Below, in pieces: positions 50,084 through 60,000 of a DNA stretch of 60,000 bases (the first letter of the stretch is position 1; every line of letters begins with the position of its first letter). Location: NCBI RefSeq assembly GCF_018977255.1, contig NW_024704742.1, positions 17,672,001-17,732,000 of the forward strand, read 5' to 3'. The notes beneath the pieces are model-generated. The model saw only the letters and a list, made by a program, of their open reading frames with translations. It had not been told where the DNA came from and did no database searches. Source of the DNA: Callorhinchus milii (taxonomy: Eukaryota). A program made the position numbers and the translations under genes.

Positions 50084-52937
50084 TGTAGATTTGTGGTGTG
50101 GAATTCTGCCAAGGACACCAAAGCGATATTCTACAGTAGGAGCAGTATAAACCTAGATACTCAGTTGTTTATTTCAGTCTCAAAGGGCTGCCTGAATTAA
50201 TTTATTGAGAAACAGCAGTAGGAAGTCTGATTTTAAAACGCCACTGGAATTAATTGTTTGAATTTGATATGAACAGACAAACTAGATTTCCATGACTATG
50301 AACTATTGGGATAGAACATCGTAAAGTAATTGAGGTTTGTCTATTGTCACCGTGGAGAGTCTTTTATCCTCTGACGAAGCAACAAATCTTCTTCTCTTTC
50401 TTAATTGTGTAGACTGGACTTTGCTCGGAAAATATTTCATTCATCTCTTTTATGTGATACTGCTGTTTTGCAGTCTGAAAGACTTCACTTTTCAACTAAA
50501 TCCTCTACAGGATGCTACAAGAGAATTTTTGCTGGGGTGGGATATTATAATAATAATCCTTGCATTTGATATAGCGCCTTATCACGTCTTTGAGTCATCT
50601 CAAAGCACTTCACAGAATATACTGTAAAGTGAATGTATTATCACATATCATCACAGCAGCAAATTGCAATTGGTATTAGTGACTTAATTTTTCATATTTC
50701 AGGTTGGCCTATAGCTCTGTTAATCTGTCAATCTCTGGCTATCATTTGAACGCAACATTGAACAGTGAGTTTCTCACGTTTTCAGACAGAATGTATTATG
50801 TCAGCCACACAGAAGAATGTACATTAAGCCACAAAGCATTAGTGAGCAGACCTTCTGCCCTCTATATTTGGTTGAAAGAGGAAACTCAGGTGCATTATGA
50901 CACCTAGGCAGGGCTGGACTCAAATTTGGGACTGCTTGTTAGCTCTTATTATTAAGCTGCTAGGTCACATTATACACACCTTTGCCCATTCTGAAAGCCC
51001 TTTTCAAGCATCAATGTTCTGTTCACATTGTACCCTTTACCATCAGCAAAGATTTGATGAAGTTTTGTTAGAACTCCAATGATAATTATCATTGAGCAGG
51101 TTGAAAGCATGCACTTCCTGGGCAGAAGGTTTTAAAGGCTGCCTGTCTTTTGAATCCTTCTGGTTGAGTCGGTTTGGTGATCCAATTGTCAGTTGTCTTT
51201 CCCAACAGCAGCATCTGTTTCTGTTTTTGCTTCAGATTTCCAGAATCTGCAGTATTTTGTATTTTGTTGAGAAGCATCTGTCTTGTCTGTTTGTCCCTCC
51301 ATTGGAGCATAGACTTTACTGAGTTAGTCCAGTTTCCTCTTGACATGAGCTGAATCTTGCACCAAACCTTCCAAATGTCCTGCGTTCCATAGTTGTCTAC
51401 CCATGAGATTGCGATCTCCTATCCTCCTACCTTTGTAAGGGCATTTCAAGTCCTTTGTGACACTGGTTCTAACAGCTAACTGAGAGCTGTTCCTAGTATA
51501 AATCAATTGTAACACAGTTAACTGGAGCCTGAGGCTGGTCCTTTTTCTTGTCAGAGGAATGGTGCATGTTTCAGGAAGATTAAAGAGAGAATGAGATAAT
51601 TAAAAGAAATGTTTGGAACTACAATTTATTTCTGATTTTTTTAAGCTCACACCACTGGGATTTTGATGCCCTCGAATATTAATGAAGGCTGTGAAATAAC
51701 AAAGAAAACCAACATTAGCCTTATATTTAGATTGTATCTTCCTATTGGGATGAATGGAGCTGTATGTTGCAATTAGCAAAGCAATCTGTTACTGAAGAGC
51801 CCATTACCCAGTGAAGGCACAAATTACATTGAAATAGTGCTTTCTAATGCATGTCTTTCATCTATCACCTCTTAATAGATTTTCACAATTCAGTCTGCTC
51901 AATCCAATTTCTTAATAGCTGCTTCGGTTTTGTTTGAGGTGCTGGCAATTTTGTTGGACAGGATCTGAAAACTGATTTCATTACTCTGACCGTAAATTAA
52001 TTAATCTTGATATTTTAGGCTGGCGGAAATTTTATGGGAAATGTGCAAATTTAGGCCAAACCAAAAAATCATACAAATGAGTTAAGTTCTGCAAGTTTTA
52101 GCTTGGCTTAGATGGCATCAACTGCACTCTGGGTCAGAAAGTTATGCGTTCAAGTCCCCCATTGGGGCTGAGTGTTTAATTTGACCCACTGACGGAGTAC
52201 TGGTACATTGCTGCCTTCTGCATTTACCTACAAGCACAGTCACTTGACAGTAATTACCCGTGAAACACTTAGAAGTTCAGATGGGATACAAGGTAATATA
52301 AAAAAAGATATTAATAATATGGTCATGGGTTCAAGCCCTGAATCACGATTTTGAGCTTGTAGTATAGATTAACATTACATTATATATATTATTATTATAT
52401 ATATATTATATTATATATATTATAACATATTATAGAATGCAGTGCTGGGGAACCATTGCATTGTCAGATGTGTCAAAGTTCAGAAGAGGTGTTAAAATAG
52501 GTCCCATCTGCCGGTTCAAGTGTACCTTAAAGATTTCATGACATTATTTGAAAAGAGAAGAGAGTTTCTCCTGCTGTTCCTATGCAATAAACAATCCTAT
52601 AGATAAATTGAGCATTCACTTCCTGGTTATCTGTTGTTTGTAGGTTAAGTTGCTGTGCACAACTTCATCTACAAATACAGTCAATACTGAACAATTTCTG
52701 TAACATGTTTTGAGACATATTGTTGACGTGATGAAGCATTATATGAAATGCAAGGATGATTAGCATTTTATTATTCTGGTGAATCTCATTACGATTTATG
52801 TATTGTAAGGCGCCTTGGGATGTCCTCCCGATGTGAAAAGTGCTGTACAAATGTTGCATTCCAAAAATAATTTCAAACATTTATATATTTTTTAATTGAC
52901 TTATTTTTCCCCTTTTCTTTCCCCACACATGTTGAAG

Positions 52938-53084
52938 GTACGAGGAGTGAAAGGTGTTTTCTTAGCTAATAAGAAAGTGAATGGTAAAGTGAAGACCTAC
53001 ATCACCTATAACAAGGGTCGTGATTGGCAATTGTTGTCACCACCAGCTACCGACATGAACGGCAAGCCAACTGACTGTCATTTT
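52938..53084 (+). CDS. SORCS2: SORCS2 coding exon (~exon 10), 147 nt, phase 0-0: VRGVKGVFLANKKVNGKVKTYITYNKGRDWQLLSPPATDMNGKPTDCHF
   Basis: Polypyrimidine tract, then ...gttgaag|GTA; donor TTT|gtaagt. Contains Asp-box-like TYNKGRDW. Lies within ORF 52896..53171. Confidence 0.96.
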
Positions 53085-53624
53085 GTAAGTATCTCCCTGA
53101 GAAAACTCATTGTGCTTCAACACTCATCCGGATTTAATGTTGAGTCTGTTATGTTGAGACTTTTCATGTAATTGTCATCCGGAATAGTAAATCAAACAAC
53201 TTAATGGCATAAGACATACTTACCATTTAGTATTTGTGGTTGCAGAGCACAAATGTTGGTGCTTTGTTTGCGTTTGTGTTGAAAGGTTAAATAATTGTCT
53301 CTATTGTCAAATGTGCTCGCCGTACCTTTTTTCAATCATGCAATTATTTTCTTCCCAAGCCTATGGTGCAGGCAACTCAACCGTCAGAAATGCTATTACC
53401 TCGATGTTTTGAGGGTGTAAGGTTGAATCTCAAATATTAAACTTGCCTCACTCCTCCCATTTCAGAGATTGAATTAAAGTGAGCTACATTTGCTAGCATG
53501 GATCATGCATCATGCTGTGGAAGCTTTGGGGCTCTCACTGTTTGGCTGAGGGCAAGGGCATCTCAGTGTAGCTGTCAAATTTTATTGAATTCCATAAGGT
53601 TGCTTCTCACTGCTTGTCTGTGCT

Positions 53625-54090
53625 GGATATTAACGTGCACAAAACTCTGTACGCCTATCACACCAGTCCTTGCCAGGCTTCACTGGCTCACAATTACTGA
53701 ACGGATTGATTTCAGGATCCTCTCACTCATTTTCAAATCCCTTCATGCACTGGCACCTCCCTACCTATCCAATCTGCTTACCCCCTACTCCACCACCAGC
53801 TGCCTCTGCTCCTGTTTGTCCCTCATACCCTCCGCTCTACCATTGGTGGCCGTGCCTTTAGCCACTATGCCCCGACACTCTGGAACTCTCTCCCTCAATC
53901 CCTCCGCCTTGCCTTCTCCCTCCCCACCTTCAAATCCCGCCTAAAAACCTTCCTTTTTAATCGTGTCTTCTCCACCTTCCCTCTCCACCTGACTCAGTGT
54001 CAAACTCCGCCACTGTGAAAAGCTCGGGGATGCTACCCTTTGTGAAAGACAGTATATAAATCCAAATTATAGTTGTCGAAGTTGTTGTGT
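53625..54090 (+). mobile_element. L2 LINE 3' fragment
   Basis: Reads TPITPVLARLHWLTITERIDFRIL...LAPPYLSNLL, followed by a degenerate tail. Confidence 0.88.
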
Positions 54091-54164
54091 CTAATGCTGT
54101 GTATGTGCAGGAGAGATGCTTCCTCATTAAGTGGTTTTGTGATGCTCTATTGATCCTTTCTCCA

Positions 54165-54945
54165 TGGCTGCACACTACAACTTACCAAGCCAGTCAGGAA
54201 CCTAGGTGTCTTGTTCGACCTTCAACTGTCTTTTCTTCCCCACATCCAAGCCATGACCCGCTCTGCGTTCCCTCACCTCCGTAACATCGCCCGAATCCGC
54301 CACTACCTCACCCCTCAAGCCACTGAAACTCTTGTTCGTGCCTTCATCACCTCCAGGCTCGACTATGCAAATGCCCTCTTGTCGGCCTTCCCAAGTCCTC
54401 CCTCCACAGGCTGCAGATAATCCAGAACTCTGCAGCCCGTGTCCTCTCCCGCACCAAACTCGGTGACCACATCTCCCCCATTCTCGCCCGACTCCATTGG
54501 CTCCCTATCGTTCAGAGGATCCAGTTCAAGATCCTGCTCCTCACCTACAAAGCCCTCCATAGCCTCACCCCACCCCTACCTCTGCGACCTCCTAATCGCC
54601 CAGCAACCCGCCTGCTTCCTCCGCTCAGCCGGCTCCAGCCTGCTTCATGTCCTCCGATCTACCCACCCCACCATTGGCGGGAGAGCCTTCAGCCACTCTG
54701 CCCCCAACGGCTGAAATTCCATCCTCCAGTCACTCCGCCTCACCCCCTCCTTAGCCTCCTTCAAGTCCCACCTCAAAACCCTCCTCTTCGACCATGCCAT
54801 TGGTCACCCCCTTTCCCCTCCCCTCCCTTCTCCCTCCCTGACCCCAGCTCGGGTCTGAAATACTGTACACTGTCCAGCGCCTTGGGACGTCCTCCTGACA
54901 TGAAAGGTGCTATACAGATAGATGTAATCTGGCTGTCGTTGTTTC
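54165..54945 (+). mobile_element. L2 LINE 3' fragment
   Basis: Reads HLRNIARIRHYLTPQATETLVRAFITSRLDYAN. Tail agcgccttgggacgtcctcctgacatgaaaggtgct. Confidence 0.9.
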
Positions 54946-55471
54946 TCAGTGTGGGTAGTTCTGTTATTTATTGTGCATCCCAACTTTGTCTTTAATACTT
55001 TAATTATAGCTGCTGTATTTAAGATTTTTTAGGAAAAATGCCACTTCAATCAATGGCTCAATTCAAGCTGTATAAAAGGGTTAATTTTGGTCAAGGTACC
55101 AAATGCTTGTGGGGAGATGAACCAAAAAGCCTTTGTTCTACCAGATCTAAAATAAATCACCAATGGGACATCCATACAAGGGCAATAATGTCTCTTTCAG
55201 CAACATGGGGGGGGGGTGGTGGTATGCCTTTTTGGAGGTAGCAGACTGAAGGGGAGTTTTCATGCAGATACTTCAAGCTGGGGAGAATAAGCGCCAGATC
55301 ATATCTCCAAATTCCTGGTTAAAAGTGGTTAAAAATCATCTCAAAGGTGATTGGCTCAGAATGATTGAGAAGAAAACAACATCTGCTTAAGAAAAAGGAG
55401 ACAAATGTTTGGAATTTAATATATCCATCTCAGCCATTCCCACCCAAAATAGGAGGACCCTGCAACATACC

Positions 55472-55720
55472 ATAAGAACATAAGAATTAGGAACAGGATA
55501 AGGCCATTCGGCCCCTCTAGCCTGCATCGCCATTCGATAAGATCATGACTGATCTATTCTAACTCCACCTACCTGCTTTATCCCCATGTCCCTTAATCCC
55601 TTTATCCACAAGAAATCTATCAATCTCAGTCTTGAATTGTTCAAGGACTGAACATCTACAGCCCTTCGGGGTATAGAATTCCATAAATTCACTACCTTCT
55701 GAGTGAAGAAGTTTTTCCTC
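55472..55720 (-). mobile_element. CR1-type LINE 3' end (others at ~3985-4140 -, ~16592-16780 -, ~19975-20265 -, ~23125-23370 +, ~34265-34386 +, ~36555-36760 -)
   Basis: cataagaacataagaa terminal repeat and ggccattcggccc 3' UTR. Reverse ORF reads ...FKTEIDRFLVDKGIKG. Confidence 0.8.
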
Positions 55721-57372
55721 ACTCAGTGAGAAAGGTATATACCAACAGGTATATAAATGGAGAAATCTGACCATTAAGTCGGTTAGAATTCACTAGTTCA
55801 GGTTTGAAGAGTTGACATTCAAGGGGGTTGGAATTCAGGTGATTCAACAGCAGATTCAAAGAGGAAGAGACATGTGGTCAAACAAAATTTCCTCTATAGC
55901 AATTCTACTATAAGGAAAAGAAAGATGGAGAATTTTGAAGAACATCATAAAATAGAACAATATCTTAATATCTTAAACTCATGAACAAACTCATGGCAGC
56001 AAAACCAAGGTTATGTGGAAAGTATTCCAAGGGTCAATGCCACATTTCTCCAAGGCACTGTTGTTGACACGCCAGCCAGCTAGGTTCATTAACTATGAGC
56101 AGAAAGAGGGTAGGGGTTAGGGTTAGTGAAGTTTGCTACACGGGATTTTCAATAACAAGTTATATGGGTTTAATTGGTTAAACTCCAGTACCTTAATGCA
56201 CACGCTAGGATTTTCAAGCCTTGGCTCTCATGAGCTTGCGTCTAATCACGTACAATTAAATGTGCAGGGTGCGTCCTGTCTGGAGAGAGACTATACATTC
56301 TATTCCAGACACAGGAAAGTTTCCATGTGTAGGTGGCATAAATATGTAGAACTCTCATTCTAGTTTGAATATTCTTAAGCATGATAATGGATTTCCGCTT
56401 GGTGATGGGTTTCCTAGCCGACAAGAAAAAATCCATGAAATTTTGCTATTTCCTATTCATAATTGCAAAATATCTTGGCATGGAAATACTGTAGCAAAAA
56501 CTGAAAATGTCAAATTCATCAGTACAGATTCAACAAAGTGATCTGTGTCTGTGTTGAAAGTACAGTGTTGGGTACAGTAGCACAATGTGTTAGAACTTTG
56601 ATCTTTCACCCAATTGAGCGTTGTTTAACTCCAGCCTGGATGGTGAGCATGAAAGTCTCCTCTGTCAGATCACTATAAAGGACATAACTGAAGTGAGTTT
56701 TAAAATTCCTCTCCCAGCATCTTGTGCCCTGCAATTTGACACTAAATTAGCAACCTCATTTAGAGAGGTCATGAAGATAGCTGACGTAGGAAATGTAAAT
56801 GTCACGCTAGTGCAGGAAGGAAGCCCTTTTCTGAGGCTGGAGAAAACAGAAGGTTTTTTTTTCCTGCAGCTGCTTGTCTGATTTCTGTTCTGGTAGTGCT
56901 TGATGTCTGAAATGGGATTAAAATACATCCCCGATAATAAGTAAAAAAATACAAGTGAAAACATTACCAAATAGTCCACATTCAGTATAAAATTTAAATT
57001 ATGTAAAACAATGATTGCAGGGTGTCAATTATCATGTTAATGTGAAAGGAAATCAATCCTGTGCCTTTTTTTAAGACATTTTTAAGCAGCAATTATTCAT
57101 GATATGTCTGGGAGCAGCTTGCCATTAGGCTCAATTCCAACTTTGCTCCAAGTAAGCATCAGCACTTATAAAATTGGTCAGTACATAGTGCTTCTCTGGT
57201 TAAAACCACCCTGTCCAATTTGAAGGCTGCAGACACATTTGTATCGGCAAGACTGTTTGATAAACGAGTCTAGCTGGTGAAACATTAAGAATGCATTGGA
57301 CTAGTTTGGACCTCCCTGGCATGCCTACTCAGATAAAGTTCCAGTCTATGCAGATTTTCCTCACCACCTCCC

Positions 57373-58550
57373 ACAACAACAACAACTTGGATTTATACAG
57401 TGCCCTTCACCTGGACGGCGTCTCAGAGCGCTTCACAGTAACAGATCCCGGGGCCGAGCCAGGGAGAGGGGGAGGAAGGTGGCGAAAGGCACGGTCAAAA
57501 GGAAAGGTCTTCAGCAGAGACCTGAAAATAGGAAGAGAGGGGGCGAGACAAAGGGAGTGAGGAAGGGAGTTCCAGAGCCTCGGGGCATAGTGGCTGAAGG
57601 CACGGCCGCCGAGGGTAGAGCGGAGGACTTGGGGGACAAGGAGGAGGCCAGACCCAGAGGAACGAAGGCAACGGGCACTGTTTTGAGGAGAGAGGTCAGA
57701 AACGTAGGGAGGTGCAGAAAACAAGGGTGAGGATCTTGAAGTCGATCCTCTCTGGAACAGGCAGCCAGTGCAGTCTGGCAAGGACTGGGGTGATCGGGGA
57801 GCGGAGTTTGGTGCGGGTGAGAATCCGGGGTGCAGAGTTTTGGATGACCTGGATTTTATGGATGGTAGTGGAGGGGAGACGGGCAAGGAGGGTGTTTGAA
57901 TAGTCCAGCCGAGAGGTGACAAAGGCATGGACCAGGGTTTCAGCGGATTTCGGAGAGAAGTATTGGTGGAGACGGGCGATGTGTCGGAGGTGGAAGAAAG
58001 CGGTGCTGGTGAGGGACCGGATGTGGGGGAGGAAGGCTAATTAGGGTCGAACCTGACGTCTAGGTTGCGTTCGGGTTCGGAGCGTTTTAGTGGGAGGTTG
58101 GGTAGGTGGAGGAGGTGAGAACCATGATATTTTAGACATTGACGAGAGCCAAAGAGTATGGCTTCTGTCCTGTCAACGTTCAGCTGAAGGAAATTTGTGC
58201 TCATCCAGCTCCTGAGGTCTGACAGGCAGACTGACAGAACATCAGGGGACTGGGGATCGCAAAGAAAGGTGGAAAAATAGACTTGGGTGTCGTCCGCGTA
58301 CATGTGGAAGTGTACCCCATGTCTGGAGATGACATCCCCAAGAGGGAGCATGTAGATCAGAAAGAGGATGGGGCCAAGGATGGATCCTTGGGTACCCCAC
58401 AGATAACCGGGTGAGAGCGGGAGGAGAAGCCGTTTGTGCAGATGTACTGCTGGTGGTTTGTGAAGTAGGACTCCAACCAGGTGAGTGCGGTCCCACTGAG
58501 GTGGACGAGGGAGAAAATGCAATGGAGGAGGATGGAGTGATCGACTGTGA
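57373..58550 (-). mobile_element. L2 LINE fragment with RT motif, antisense to SORCS2
   Basis: Reverse ORF 58037..58579 reads [27 protein letters not shown]. (CAA)n at ~57374. Confidence 0.92.
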
Positions 58551-58765
58551 ACAAGGAGAATATTGTTAGCCAATGACATCTAAACAGTGTTCCAGGATCA
58601 TCACCATTGCGCAGCTATCGGAAAAAGTGTCCGTGAGATAAAGAGTATTTCTCCAGACTGTCCTATGTATGACATACATTGCAAGACCTGAGCTTGGATC
58701 CAGGTTCTCATCAGTTCAGGGAATTACCTGGAGAACTGAGTACTCTTGTATTTAATGCATCCACC

Positions 58766-58900
58766 AGGATCTGGCTCTACTGTACTGAGTGAATTCAGGG
58801 TCTGTCTCCATTATATTGAGTGAAGCTGAGGATCTGGCCTCAATGTTCTGAGTGTACCCAAGGTCTGGCCCCATTGTATGGAGTGAACACTGGACCTGAC
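58766..58900 (+). repeat. ~31-bp degenerate tandem repeat (aggatctggc.cca.tgtactgagtgaa...)
   Basis: Four or more adjacent units with no spacers. Confidence 0.75.
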
Positions 58901-59145
58901 CCTAAAACTGTCCCTTGTCACTATTCCAATGTTCACCCAAATGGACTACTTATGGTGGTTCATCAGCATGATCAAGCAGATAGTACCTAGCTAAGCACCT
59001 TCATTTGTACAGTTGCTGCCATATATTACTGTGTATCTTTTGTGGAACTGCACAATAATCGGCTGAACTCAGAACGTGTGAAACTTAATAGCTGTTGATA
59101 TAAAGAAGCACAGACCACTTACCTGTTGTGTTTCAACAGAGGAAT

Positions 59146-60000
59146 ACAACAACAACAACTTGCATTTATATAGCGTCCCAGATCTTAACAATGGTGGAGC
59201 CTGATGCTGAGCCAGGGGGAGGGGGAAGGTGACCATAGGCATGATAAAAGAGGAAGGTCTTCAGGCACAACCTGAAAATGGGGAAAGAGAGGAGAGGGGG
59301 CAAGGCTAAGGGATTGAAGGAGGGAGTTCCATAGCTTCGGGGTGTAGTGGCTGAAGGCCTAGCTGCCGATGGTGGAGCGGAGGTTTCGGGGGACAAGGAG
59401 GTGGCCAGAGCCAGTAGAGCAGAGGCAGCAGGTAGTGAGGAGATTGGAGAGATGGGGGAGTGCCAAGGAATGGAGGGATTTAAACACTAGAGTGAGGATA
59501 TTGAAGTCGATCTGCTCTGTGACAGGTTGCCAGTGGAGTTTGGCAAGGACTGGGGTAATCGAGGTGCGGAGTTTAGTGCAGATGAGAATGTAGGCGGGAG
59601 AGTTTTGGATGAGTTGAGTATTGTGAATGGTGGAGGAGGGGAGACCGGCGAGGAGGGTGTTTGAATAGTCCAGTTGTGAAGAGACAAAGGCGTTGACAAA
59701 GGTTTCGGCAGCTTGTGGAGTGAGGCATTGTCGGAGATGGGCAATGTGGCGGAGGTGGAGGAAAGCTGTCCTGGACAGAGACCAGATGTGGGGGGGGAAG
59801 GATAACTCGGGATCGAATCTGACACCTAAGTTGCACACAAGTTCAGAAAGTTTTAAGGGCAGATCAGATAGGTTGAGGAAGTCTGAACTGCAGGAAAGTG
59901 ACGTCGACGGGAGCCAAAGAGCATAGCTTCCGTCTTGTTGACGTTTAAATGCAAGATGTTTGCCTTGATGTCTGTCAGTCAAGCTGGAGGAGGAGAGTAG
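59146..60000 (-). mobile_element. L2 LINE fragment, antisense, running off the window end
   Basis: Reverse ORF 59359..59982 reads NLGVRFDPELSF..AAETFVNAFVSSQLDYSN..LHWQPV. (CAA)n at ~59147. Confidence 0.9.

Larger units (their letters stand above)
24129..53084 (+). other. SORCS2: SORCS2 gene, partial (7 internal coding exons; gene extends beyond both window ends)
   Basis: Spliced exons give 280 aa without stops (IILVSSSMNDRDQSLF...DMNGKPTDCHF). Exon sizes 165/74/65/119/90/180/147 nt have compatible phases. Motifs match recalled SORCS2: FHPKEEDKVLAY, DLGKKW.LLQERVTKD, YYVSYRRNEFV.MKLPKYAL, EVRGVKGVFLAN. Confidence 0.93.

Noticed and set aside
58766..58900. CRISPR-like ~31-bp periodicity (the 19717 and 33033 arrays were also considered)
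   Set aside because: The units are contiguous and degenerate with no unique spacers, there are no cas genes, and the context is a vertebrate intron. These are ordinary minisatellites.
53085..60000. Next SORCS2 exon (expected about PDCHLHLHLRW...)
   Set aside because: Not found; it probably lies beyond the window.

Overview
This is a eukaryotic, intron-rich vertebrate window, not a prokaryotic one. It holds seven consecutive coding exons of SORCS2 (VPS10-domain receptor) on the + strand: 24129-24293, 30925-30998, 33460-33524, 36828-36946, 37528-37617, 41849-42028 and 52938-53084. All have canonical AG/GT boundaries and splice into one open 840-nt (280-aa) frame covering part of the VPS10 beta-propeller; they are probably exons 4-10 by human numbering. 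Everything else appears to be intron. The introns are dense with L2 LINEs ending in (TTG)n (one young ~2.3 kb copy has a nearly intact RT), CR1 3' fragments, at least three Deu-domain SINE types with L2-like tails, Penelope-type palindromes, MITE-like inverted repeats, minisatellites and several CNE/enhancer-like stretches. The repeat content suggests a cartilaginous fish, most likely a holocephalan (inference). I found no convincing new protein-coding system. The best leads are non-coding: a hammerhead-ribozyme-like core inside a Penelope-type palindrome, a SINE with an unrecognised non-tRNA head, a 73-bp long-range inverted repeat next to a splice donor, inverted L2 pairs around a phase-0 exon block, and a duplicated homeodomain/PBX module. 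Exon coordinates are exact; repeat boundaries are approximate (tens of bp). Family names and protein comparisons come from recalled consensus sequences, not from database searches.
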